64,000 nt of DNA from positions 1,116,001 to 1,180,000 of the forward strand of contig OZ037842.1 in assembly GCA_964035575.1 (NCBI GenBank), in the 5' to 3' direction. The first letter of the stretch is position 1; every line of letters starts with the position of its first letter. Shown here piece by piece: positions 12,422 through 27,978 of the stretch. The DNA is from Rhynchopus sp. YZ270_cl-10. Lineage: Eukaryota. The notes under the pieces were generated by a model. That model was not told where the DNA came from. It made no database searches and saw only the letters and a list, made by a program, of their open reading frames with translations. The position numbers and the translations under genes were made by a program.

Positions 12422-14005
12422 ATGGCGTTCCACCAATCGAAGCAGCTGCTGGCAATGCAGTCGCGATGCCGCACACCGGTATGACCCCATTCCCGTCTTG
12501 CCAGGCCTTCTTCAAAGAGAATACGCTGATGGACAAACCTTTCAAACCGAATTCTTATTACAATTCGCCATAATTTGAACAAACCGTTTTCAATATTTTC
12601 ACACGAAAATGGAGGGGGAATGCTTTCAAAAAATAGGGCATTCTTTGAGCAGGTGGTGTAGAGGGTATTTGGGTTTGTATTTTGTTTTATACACTAATTT
12701 GAATGAGATTTTATTAACCGTTGATAATTATGCCGGTAGAGTATTCCGGAAAGTGAAAAAGAGGATTTGTCATTGCAAAATCCGGGGTTATCATTGATTG
12801 GCATTACGTCAATGTGAGTAGCATCCTATTTTCTTGTCTTATTCTCCGCTTTGACCATAAAAGGATGTTTTTGCCGCCACTACTGTCATCAGGTGCTTTT
12901 CATCTTTCAAATGTTCTGTGGTTCTTTTCTTTCCTTTTTCTTGCCATTCCCTCTCGCATCCCCTGCTACCACTTACAGGATTTTCTCATCGGTCGAAGAA
13001 ATGCGGACCTGAACAACCCAGTAAACAAGCGGTTCCACGCACGTCCATCTCCTTTGAGGGGAATAACCGGACCAGGTATTGTCCCACATTCACATTTTCT
13101 CTTTTTTTTTTTTTTTCTCGCGGTAAATGTTCTTTCAAGGTTTAGAATTGACTCAGCACGGAAACTTTTTTTCCCTCATAATTTACCTTTCTGCAGCCAT
13201 AAAGTTGGTGCGATATGGAAAGCGACATTGTTTTGAGAGGCTTAGTTCCATTGTATCAACTTATTTTCAAAGGGGTCTGTACGTTACCCTGATGGTTTGG
13301 TTATTCGGCTTGCCAACCTTTATAACGCCCTTTTGTGACCATACGCGACTTCTGTTCAACATAAATAAATGCCCTTTCGTGCCACACCCCTCCATACCAG
13401 TAAGAGTACACGAGGAGGACAGATGGGACACCTTCGGAAACCCACGCTACACAACCACCTTTGGGGTGAAGGGTATGGCGAATATGCGTCCGCCGCTGTT
13501 TCACATCTCGCTCTGGAAGTGGAAGAACGTGCGGGAGTTGGGTCTAACCGGTATCCATATGCCTCGTTTGTACTACGGACGCTGGAGTGGGAGTGCAACG
13601 TTTCACTGTCCACCGCATTTGATGGTGTCGCCGAACCACCGGCCGATGACTGAATTCCCAGATATGAAAACACCAGAGTACCACCCGTGGATGGCGTTCC
13701 CGAATGTGAGACATAAGGCACCGATTGAGAACGTTCCGGATATCGCAGTGAAGTTTGCTGAGGACCGTGCCAGCAAGCTTGAGGTGCTCCGTTTCACGCT
13801 TGCAGCGTCGAACTTCAAAATCCACACCCGAGCCAAGTTCGAATCGCGAGGTGGAAATGTCTGGCGTGGTGGACGCACAGAGCACATCTCCGGCACCGCC
13901 CCCTCTCCTCTCTGGCAATTCGCCGCAGATACAAAGGGAGGTGCCCTGTTCACGGACGGCGCCCCCCCGGGTACCTTCCCCAGGGCTGGCGATCACAGGG
14001 ATTAG
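12422..14005 (+). CDS. Hypothetical protein with mitochondrial-presequence-like N-terminus, 3 exons
   Basis: Exons 12422-12478, 12979-13075 and 13401-14005 join in frame through GT-AG introns: MAFHQSKQLLAMQSRCRTP-DFLIGRRN...GP-VRVHEEDRW... Confidence 0.7.
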
Positions 14006-14327
14006 ATGTATTCTATGGGTTTGGGGGGTGAGGGGGGAGGGACCAAGAAAGAACGCTACATATTTTAAAAGAAAATGGCAAAATATATTTTCCAAGATGC
14101 CTTCAGACTCTACCTTTTTTGCACAACCTGGGGGGATTCACCAGGCGTTTCCAATGCAAGCACTGCGCACCATTGTATCCATTATACAGACAGGGGGTAT
14201 TGGGAGGCGGGTTGCTTTTATTGTCAAACCTGTGTCCGCACTTATATTCTTTTTTTCCCCTTTCGACACGATACACAAGACATAGCTCCCTTAGCAAGAG
14301 TACGGCAGTTTTCGGTTCGAGGAGGCA

Positions 14328-17974
<3,647 letters not shown>

Positions 17975-18510
17975 GATGTGTAATTCTGTATAACACCGAA
18001 AAATAATCTGATTTTTTTTTTTAAAGGCGAGAACGGAAGAGAAGAGAAGAGAAGAGAACGAGAGCAAAGTACAATCACCCCGTTTCAATAATCTGCGACA
18101 GCATTGCCTGTTGTTTTGCGTAGTATTGTCAGGTTCTGGCCGCGCGGGGTACCGCACCGTTTTTGTTTTTATTTCCGCAAACCCGCCGCTCGGCAATAAA
18201 AGTGCAATTGCGGCACCCCGCACGGTCGGAACCGCAAGGGAAATGTATTGCTGTGTTCCGATATTTTATTCGAAAAAAAAAAATTTTTTTTTTGTAAGGT
18301 GGCGCTGAGGTAAAACGACCGCTTTCAATCGGTGGGAAAGCTCGGAATGTAACTTTCCCCCCGAGAATTTTTTTTTCTTCTGACTATGACATTCAGGGGG
18401 GAAAATCCCAAAGTTTAGCAAAAAGGCCTGCCCTCCTCCCTCATTGGTAAAACGGACAGACCTGTCTTATGGGTTTCACGTGGTCATCAAAGTGATATCC
18501 GTACATATTT

Positions 18511-18550
18511 TAGATGTGTATGCACGCGAAGCATATTTATCTTCCAACTT
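18511..18550 (+). repeat. Short dispersed hairpin element, family D (representative copy)
   Basis: AGATGTGTATGCAC...GCATATTT...CAACTTT. Related copies near 11357 and 19513. Confidence 0.6.
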
Positions 18551-21500
18551 TGTTTTAGATATGCGTTATATGTGTTTTTTTTTTTTTTTCTTTTTCCACC
18601 CCGGTGCATTGATAATGCGCGAAGGTACACAGTCACAGGGCTTTGTATTTCAAATCAATCTTTTTTAAGATGAATGTGATCAAAGGTGACTGAGCATGAG
18701 AGGCTTAGGTTCATCTGATAAACTTTTCTTTTCTTTTTGTGACCGTGAGACCTGACCCATCTTTGCAAAGGTAAGTCACCATTCAAATCGAGGTTTAGGT
18801 TTATCTTTATTGTACCAACTTTTTCCTCCTTTTTTTTACGTTTCAAAAAAATAATAATAAACAATGAAAAGAGCGTTTTTTGACAAAAAACCAACTCTCT
18901 CCCATTGCCACCCCATTTCCCTTCCCCTTAATCAGATTTTCCCTTAAAAAGCTTTATCTTTCTTATTTTTAAAAGGTGACTTACGATCATCTTACCTTAA
19001 AATATGCTGTATGTGGTTCTCGAGATGTTCAGCTCGTCCTTTTCTAGGGGGGTTTTATTGTGGAGTTTTGGGGGGGTTTTTTTTTTGTCCCATTTTCTAT
19101 TTCCCCTTTCCCTCATATCTTATCAGGTTTGTCTAAATAAAAATTGCGTGGAGTTCACACGAAAAAAAAGCGAGGTGTCTACACGTCATCAATTTTTCAA
19201 AAAAAACAAAAAAAAAAACACAAAAAAAACGCTCCGTTTTTCGTCCCACACCCCTTTTTCTCCCCAGAGAATAGGTGGATTTTCTTCACGGTAAAATCCA
19301 AAAATAATGTACCAATATTCTGCAAGTCTTCTTGCAAAAAAAATGCGTGTATAAGAAATAGAGAGAGCTTCTGAAGCAATGGTGAATTCTTAATTGGGTC
19401 GGGAAGGGGGGGAGGGAACGCCTTTTATCACATTTAAGAAAGTTAGGAACATTTTTTTGTCTCTTCGTATGCTATCAATTTATTGAATGTGCGTATGTTG
19501 AAATACATTTAAGGATGTGTATGCACAGGCATATTTATCTCTCAACTTTTCATTCTTTTAAAACGTGACCAAAGCGAGTGATATTTTGATCCCTTTGTGA
19601 TTCCAATATGCACCATTTATAATAGGGTATTAGCAGCCCTATCAAAAGAAAAAAAATAAGGGAGTCAGGTGATGATGGGGGGGTGTGTCAAATGACACTC
19701 CCTTGCGTTTTTTTTCAAAAAAAAATTCCCCATTTCGTTTCTTTCAAAGTTGGGTTCGATACAAAAAAAAAAAAAAAAAGGTGTGTGGAACTCATCACTT
19801 ACACTTGGTCCCCTGCAGAGTGGGTTGGGTTTGTGTGTTGCTGTGTTGAAAGCAAGTAAAAATGGGTAGTGAGCTAAGAACGGCACATTGCCCATATACT
19901 GCTGATGGGGTTCTACTGTCACTTCGCGTGAAATGCTGTCACATCTGCTACTGTGGTGCTGACATCCTGGGTCCACCTCATTGGTGTCTGCAGTCATAAA
20001 GCTACTGTTTTTATTAAAAAGTAGTTCTCACTTAAATTAACGTACCTGCTGGCTTTTTGTTTAATTCATACAAAAGTAGACGCAAATCAGCAGGTTATCA
20101 AAAAAAAGGTAATTTCTTTTGAGGATGATTTGCATCTATACCTTTGAAATTCATTAGCCTTCGGGCGACTTTGTTGTACAGAACCCGTCCTCGGACAGGG
20201 TGATTGTCGAAACTACAAAAAAGAAATACATAATGTGATGTAAGAACCGATGTTTGATTTTTAGGTGATAGTCGCATTCTCCATTTTGAACGCCACTATG
20301 ACACACTGTGTTTTAAAAAAAAATTAAAGAAGGGAAAAAAAAAATGGCACAAAAAAACCCTCCCCTTTTTTCTTTCCTAATGCCCCTTACTTTGCATTGC
20401 TCGTTAAAGTAAATCAGGCAAATTTTCTTTTTGCCTAGGTTTTGTTTGAAAGTTTCTGGAAAATACTCACGTGGTGTTCGTTGAAGAGGTATTTTTGGGG
20501 GGGTTTTTTTTTGTTCACGCTCTGACCTGGCGATACAATACAAAAAAAGGGTACAAAACCCACCTTGGAGTGACAGAGAATGTCAATTCCCCAAGCTCCC
20601 CCCTCCCCCATACCCCCCAAAGTCACGATAAAAAAATGCTGTGGCGGATGCTTCCTTCTGGGAGTAACACACTTGAAAGAAATTCGATTTTTTTTTTTTG
20701 GGGGGGGGGTGACATTTGTTTTTCTCTTTTCTTTGCGAAGCTTTCATATCAGACAATTTTTATTTCATTCCGGTTCTCCCCCCTTTTGCAATTGAGGTTC
20801 AATAACGAAAAAAAAACAAATAAAAAAACATGGCCTCATATTGTCAACCTATATCCCGAGAGAGAGAACGCTTCACCTATGGAATGCGTGTCTCCTCTGT
20901 CACGGGGGCAAATGATATATAGTTTGGGTTTGTTTGGGTCTTTTTTTAGGTACACTGTCTCAATGGGGCTTTGTATTTCAAGACACATTTTTTTTGGGGG
21001 GTTTTTTTTTTGATGCGCACGAGAGGCACAATCATCTTTCAAAATTTTATCCTTCTCGCAGAAGGTGTTGTACTTTTTTTTTCTTCTCTGTTTCATTTTG
21101 TTAAGGTACACCTGTCATGATGTCTGCCATTGTATTTTCAAGACACATTTTAGGTGACCAAGCACTGGGTTTATCTTACCAACACTTTTGTCTCTTTTTT
21201 TTCCAGACGTAAACCACGAAATGGGTGTATGACCACACGGTTGGTCCGCCCTGGTCCACCGGTTATGTACCAAGCGTACACTGTCACGAGCGGGCTGTTG
21301 TATTTCAAGCCAACTTTTCCTCGAAGATAACTGAGCACGGGAGGCTGAGGTTTATCTTAACGAGATTTTTTTTTATTTTTTTTTTATTTTATTTGCGTGC
21401 ATCCTGGCTCCTGAATTCGCTCATTGAGAGTGGCTGCAATTCGCCATTTGTTTTTTTTTTTTCGAAGTTTCGAGAGAAAAGCCTTTTTCCCCCCGCTTCC

Positions 21501-23450
21501 CTGCCTATACCACATTCTATTAGAAAGATTAATGTACCCCCTTTGCGAGGAACATTTCATGCCTGCGCCCGACGAACGGTAAGGTGTTTTGTGCATTTTT
21601 TTTTTTTTCCAACTTCTCTTTTCGTCTGGAGAGGCTTTCCACTTTGATAACACATTCCAAAGCGTAGGTTGGAGAGATAGGAAGGAAAATGATAGGTTGC
21701 TACTCCACAATAAGCCTTTCAGATCTTTGAAGAGAATTTTTTAAAAATAAAATGTGGAAGCTCGGGGGGAGGGGTGACTACACATAATCCAGAGCGCAGA
21801 TCTTTACTCCAGCTGGTGTAAAGTGATAGTCGACATAACAAGAAATTCATTCAAAAAACCCCCCAAAAGTTTGCATTGTTTTTGCGAGAGAAAGAAAAGC
21901 CATGAGAACAGTGGTAGTGGTGAGGGGGAGAGAGAGGGAGAGGGGAAGAGAGACTGTCAGGAAAGAAAGCAAAAAAAAAAAAATAGTGGAATTCATCCTC
22001 GGGTGTCTACACTAATACAACCAAGTTTTCAAAAAGGGAAAGACAAAAAAAAGGGTGTAGTTCTTACTATAGTTGGGTGTGGAGAGGAGTGCATTCAGCA
22101 TTTTAAGTTTTTTTTTTTCTTCTCTCCGCCCCCCCTTTTTTTTTGCGATGGTTTGTTTGGTGGTATCCCACTCTAACCACCTCTCACTCTGCCCCATATA
22201 TTCCCCATTTCTTTCTTTCTCTCTCTCTCTCTCTCTCTCTCCCATCCACCTACCCCTCGCAAAAAGTGCAAAATGAAAAAATATAACTTCAAAAAAAAAA
22301 AGCAATAACACTACAATAACCCCATTGTTTTCTTTCTCCCCACCTATTTGTGCTCAACCCCTCCTCATTCCCCCCGCATTTTTTTTTTCCTCCCAAAAAC
22401 CCCCTATGTTCGAACACTATATTGTACCAAAATTGTGAACTTCAGGCGAGGGAAATTGAGTTATTCCTTGACTAAATCATAATGCACAAAGTCATAGTTT
22501 GATTAACGATTTGCGTTCTAGGTGATTGGAGTGGCATGTTCAGTAGGGCCTTCTGTCTGGGAGGATGCGTCTTCTGCTGACCACTTTCCACAATATAAAT
22601 ACAAGCCAGCGTGTGTGAATTTGATCCTAGAAAATCAGCTGATCTCGCAGGACATCTGTTTCTTCCATTGCCGCACAATGTCTTTCCCGGTGGTGTTTTT
22701 TTTATACCAGCGAGGTGGTATGCTGTGACCGAAGCTCTGATCTTCCGCGCACCATGTTTCCGTATCCTAGACCAATTCTTGAGGTCTGAGAACACCTTTG
22801 CGGGATTTGCCTTTATTTGCTTGCTTGGTGCAAGCCTACACAGCTGATGATGTTGTGATCAAGGTGACTAAGCACGCGAGAGCCAACAGAGAACCAAATT
22901 TCCTCAGCCGTCGCCTATGGAGCCGCTGCTGACCCCTAGGTTGCACTTCACAACAGTGTTCCCCTTCTTTATGCACTATCAGCTGTACGCATTGAGTTGG
23001 CACCTCCCTTCGGAGTACGGTTTCTTATTTTTATTATTGTTGCATGCAAAGATGTGTGCGATGGCAGTCAATAAGAACCAGCTAACTTAGCGTTGGTCTA
23101 TGAGACAATATAAAAGTACAAAATTTCGGAGCAAAAAATGCTCCGTCCATTTCGCATCAGTACGTGTACATGGCATGGGTAGAGAGCTGTGGGCTACCGC
23201 TCGTGCCCAGGCGCACAGTACGCTACTTTTTTATTTCAAGGTGACTAAGTACGAGATAAACCAAAGAATAATCTAATCAGACTAAGTACGAGAGGCTTAG
23301 GATCATGGCGTGATTCCCCAGCCTCCTCTTTGGGCGGTCGGATACATCTTATTGTGTACGCTGGTTAGCGTGGGGTCTGGTAGAACAGGACACGTTCATT
23401 CGGTTCTCTTTACATCTCCTATTCCATCTACAGAACAATAAGACAACACA

Positions 23451-25084
23451 ATGAGCCGCTTTGAGCCCTTGAAGTTCATCTCACAGAGATATGCTGGTAG
23501 GAAGCCTTCTGCCATCCGCAGCATCGTGCAGCAGAACATGGGCATCCCAGGGATGATCAGTCTGGCGGGGGGCCTGCCGAACCCTAGCATGTTCCCGTTC
23601 TCAGCGATGAGCGTGACGGTGGCGGGGAAGGAGCTTTCGATTCCACAGGACCAGGTTAAGGCGGCATTGCAGTATTCTTCGTCCACCGGGATGCCGAAGC
23701 TGAACAAGCAGCTTTCCGACATGATCACCCGGTTCCACAGCCCGCAGAGAGAGGTGAAGCTTTTGGTTGGGACCGGCTCACAGTCGCTTCTTGCGCAAGG
23801 ATTTGATATGCTTCTGAACACAGGAGACACGCTTCTCGTTGAGGCACCGACCTACCCTGGTGCGCTTGCCGCTCTGCAGCCGATCCGCCCAGAGTTCGTG
23901 CCCGTCCAGACAGACCATGAAGGCATCATTCCCTCAAGCCTGCAGGAAATCCTCGAATCCTGGGACGAAGCGAAGATGCAGAAGAAGAAGCCCAAGGTGC
24001 TCTACACCATCCCCACAGGGCAGAACCCCTCCGGCTCGACCATCTCCGAGGAGCGCCGTGTGGCGATCTACAAGCTTGCGCAGGAGCACGACCTCGTCAT
24101 CATGGAGGACGACCCGTACTACTTCCTGCACCTGGGGAAGAGCCAGCCAAAGAGCTTCCTCTCGATGGACACCGACGGGCGTGTCCTGCGTTTCGACTCG
24201 CTGTCGAAGGTGCTGTCATCGGGTATGCGCATCGGGTTCGTGTCGGGCGCACCGGAGTTCATCAACGCGATCGAGATGGACGTGCAGGGCACCTCCCTCC
24301 ACACCTCTAACATCGGACAGGCGCTTGCCTCCACGCTCCTTGAGGAGTGGGGCCCATCAGGATGGGACAACCACGTCAGCGCCGTGAAGGCGTTCTACCT
24401 GCAGAGACGCGATGTCTTCCTTGCTGCCTGCGACAAGCACCTCACAGGGCTTGCGAAGTGGAACGTGCCCGAGGCAGGCATGTTCGTGTGGTTCACCTTC
24501 AACGGCGTGCCTGACACCTTCGAGCTGATCATGAACAAGGCGAAGGAAGAGAAGGTCCTCTTGGTGCCGGGCCAGTCCTTCTTCGCAGACGACGCGCAGT
24601 CGAACGCCTGCAGGGCGTCCTACTCTCTGGTATGTTTTTTTTTTTTGTGGAACGTTGTGGAGTGGGAGGGGGCATGCATTGGGGTGCTAACAATTTATAC
24701 ACTAAATGTGACAGCATGCGTATTCTTTGTGTTTTCTTTTTGTAACTCGCGGGAAATCTGCATCTAGAGGTGCGCGCACTTCCCTTTTTAATTATTTGGT
24801 GTTACCGAAATCCTGTCAGGGACCTGTCAATACTGGGGGGGTGTCATTTTATAATTTCCACCTGATTTTTACTGGGTACTGGCAAAAAGTGTTAAGAAAT
24901 TGTACAGTGGACTCCCCCCTTGTCAGGGACCTGTCAACATCGACACTTTCGGGAACACCATTATTGTAACAATATATTCATCTGATACACCTTATCATTA
25001 ACACTCTTTTTACAGGCATCTGACGAGGACATGGACGAGGCACTGAGCCGTCTTGCAGCACTCATCCGCAACGCGCAGAAGTAG
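23451..25084 (+). CDS. AADAT: PLP-dependent class I aminotransferase, kynurenine/alpha-aminoadipate aminotransferase-like, 2 exons
   Basis: Exons 23451-24629 and 25016-25084. Motifs ISLAGGLPNP, LQYS, PTGQNPSG, EDDPYY, DSLSKVLSSGMRIG (PLP Lys) and GMFVW. Confidence 0.88.
24797..24960. mobile_element. MITE-like element, TIR TGGTGTTACCGAAA (1 mismatch), 5-bp TSD TTATT, intronic
   Basis: Inverted repeat 24797-24810 / 24947-24960, with TTATT on both flanks. Internal TGTCAGGGACCTGTCAA occurs twice. The TIR resembles that of the 9934 element. Confidence 0.7.
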
Positions 25085-27240
25085 AAATGTGTTTGCCTCC
25101 CCCTCCAACGGGAATGAGAGGACGTCAACCGATATCTCCACAACATCGTCGCACGAGGCCATGCCACTGCCGAACATACGTTTTTTTTCCTCTTTTCTTT
25201 CCTTATCTATGAATGCCAACTAAACGTCTTCTGTTTTCTTCTTTTCTCGGGGTTAGGGACTCTTATGATCCACTAAAACCATTTTTAATGGGTGACCACA
25301 CACACGAGGGTTGAGAGTCAACGTTTTTTCCCCCTTTTTTTCTCAGAACACTAAACGCTTGGAACACAGTTACGCCCATACCTATTATTCAAAAAGTAGC
25401 ATACCGTCAGAACAGATGGTATCATGACTCTGCCACTCTTTCCGGATAAGGTGTGTCGTTTGTTACTGCATTCAAGCTTCGGAGGGGACACGCTGGCTTG
25501 TCGATACCAACAAACATCTACCCGGTTTAGACTGTTTGTGCGCATCCTGGCTTTCTTCAGGTACATAGTGGAACCTGTCGTTGTCGCAGTGGGGGGGTTT
25601 TGGGGGTGTGGGATGGCATGGGAAAAATGTATTTATTTGCTCGGACTATACATAATGACACCCAACAAATCATTGCATTGTCGACCAGTAAGGAATGGAA
25701 ACGAAAAAGAAATGAACACCTCCCCAACGCTTCCCGTTTTTCCGTTTGCGGGTTTACAGATCCCCCCCCCACCCCACCCCCACCCCACCGCCCTCATCAG
25801 GTCGCCTTCACAAAACGAGTACTACATTTTTTTATTAAGTCGAAGAAGAGCGTCCCCTGTCTTGCCAGGGTGAACGTTGATCTAAACAAAACAGAGAGGT
25901 AGGGAGTGGGGGGGGGAGAGAGAGAAGCATCATGGCAGAGGAGGAGGTACGGCAGGAGGTCATAGCACGGTCCCGTGCTGAATTCCTTGCTGAAATGGGT
26001 CTCAGCGAAAATGATGTGAGCCCGCCGGAAAATATTGAGAAAAAGGTATGCCACTTTTTTACGACTCCACGCTACTGACGATCCATAAGAAGAGTGTTCC
26101 CTCTTTTCAAAGCTCCATTCAGATTTGGCTTAGTACGAGCTGCTTAGGTTCATCACCAAACTCCCCAAAATACAACACTACGGGATTTGATAACCCGTGG
26201 AGTGTCAGTGCCTGCGCCCTCTGAGGCGTTTGCACTATCAACCAGGCATATTGCTAACTTTGCCGAAAGTGGAAAAAAGCAAAACGGCGACACTTTTTTT
26301 TTTTTCCAGGACAAAAAAAAAAATTTTCCCCCCGTTGAAAGCGGGCCTCCCTGCCAACCACAGAGGGCATTATATAGCCCCCCTAGCCTCCACCAAAAAG
26401 GTGGTTTTGTGTGAGGCAGTCATTTTTTTCTGTGCGGAAAACTCAGCGAAAAATATTCTCGGCATTTTGTGATGCACGGCCAACCTACACCACCCCAACC
26501 CTTCTCTGCGGGAAAGCTTCCCTCCTCTGTGCCTTGGTAGCTTTCAGCCACTGGTGATCCGCAATCCGTAGTGGGTGTCCGCCTTCTTATCAGTAACCTT
26601 AGTAAATTTATAAAAGAAATGGTGGCTATGGCCTAACCAAAGGTTAGTCAGGTAACCAAAGGTTCCTGGCGAAGCCACGGTACGCAACATTTCAAAAATC
26701 GCGCTTAAAATTGCACTATTTTACAGCATGGGAAGGGTGTGATGTAAGCTTGCGCCGCAGGCGCACGGTACGCTACTTTTATGATTTTGCCAGATCCTTT
26801 TTCTCAAAAAATGACGACAGGAAACGGCGTTTTGTCGCGTTGAAAACGCCGATTTCTCGGGGGGAACGGCGCTTCGCCAATTTTGAAAACGGCGTTTTTT
26901 TAAAAGGCAAAACGGCGAAACGGCGTTTTCAAAAAAAAAAATTTTGTGATTTTGGCCAAAAAGGCAAAACGGCGAAACGGCACTTAGCAATATGCCTGCT
27001 ATCAACTTCACTTTTTTTTTTTCTGTATGCCAAGTCTTCACAAAAATCTCTCTCAGCCATTTTTGAATTTTAATTTCAACCACACCTTTATATTTATCAC
27101 GGGGAATCAGTGCCTCCTGCGTCCCATGAACGGTGCGGCGTTTGCACTTTCAACTTCTCTTTTTATTACCGTCGCAGCTGTTTGGATATTTGCAACTGTT
27201 CACCTTTTGTATTCTCACACAGGAACAAGAATCCATCGCC

Positions 27241-27978
27241 ATGACAGACGCACTCATCCGCAGCACCCCTATGTACGACACACAGCTCCTCGAATCGTTG
27301 TATGTCCTGCAAACCTGCATACCCCCCTAGAAGCCCTTTTTACGATTCAGATGTATTACGTTTACCGAAAAGCCCTTGAGGCTCTCCCCACCAACTATAC
27401 CTCCACGTCAACCCCCATACCGCTTTGTGAACATAATCCGAGGTCATTCCTATAGCATTTTACGGCGAATACCTCAGGGTGCATTGAGGATTCAGTTCCC
27501 ATTTTTTCATTTTTTCCTCAACTTTTCTAATGACTCATTGTTTCCCCTCAGGAAAGCAGAGCAATGTGCGGAAGGCTGTGGGAAGGCTATTGAGGGCATT
27601 GAGCTTACGGGGCATGGTTATTTACAGCAGGAACTTGGGAAGTTCCGACAAGCCAAGACAGAGCGTCCTGACAAAGACAAAGCGGCAAGCACCATCGGCA
27701 GTGGTGGGTCTGGGAGCAGTGAGGATGAGGGGGCACACCAGGTCCTAAAGGATACCCCCGACTACGCTAAGATGGGTTATGATCCTAAGATGGCAACGGA
27801 GTACAAGACCGGCCTTCTCTCGACGTACCGCAAGAAGAAGGAGCAGACGCCCCGCGAAGAAAGTGGCGTGGAAAAGACCCAACACGAAGCCGAGGCCGCA
27901 CAAGAGGAGCTCCCACCTCCGCCGCCACCAGCAGAAAAGACCGCCCCCGCCCCACCAGAGCAAACCACAGCAGAATAG
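27241..27978 (+). CDS. Hypothetical protein (~161 aa, Pro/Glu-rich C-terminus), 2 exons
   Basis: Exons 27241-27299 and 27552-27978 joined by a phase-2 GTATGT...CTCAG intron. Coding-like composition. Confidence 0.65.

Noticed and set aside
19958..20010. HDV-like ribozyme / ingi-signature resemblance (CCACCTCATTGG)
   Set aside because: P1 and P3 can be drawn, but there is no complementary P2 3' strand and no convincing P4.
18300..23400. Hidden genes or C/D snoRNAs in the 5-kb intergenic stretch
   Set aside because: Only short ORFs rich in homopolymer-derived Phe/Lys and repeat fragments. I found no well-formed box C/box D pair by eye, so a covariance search is still needed.
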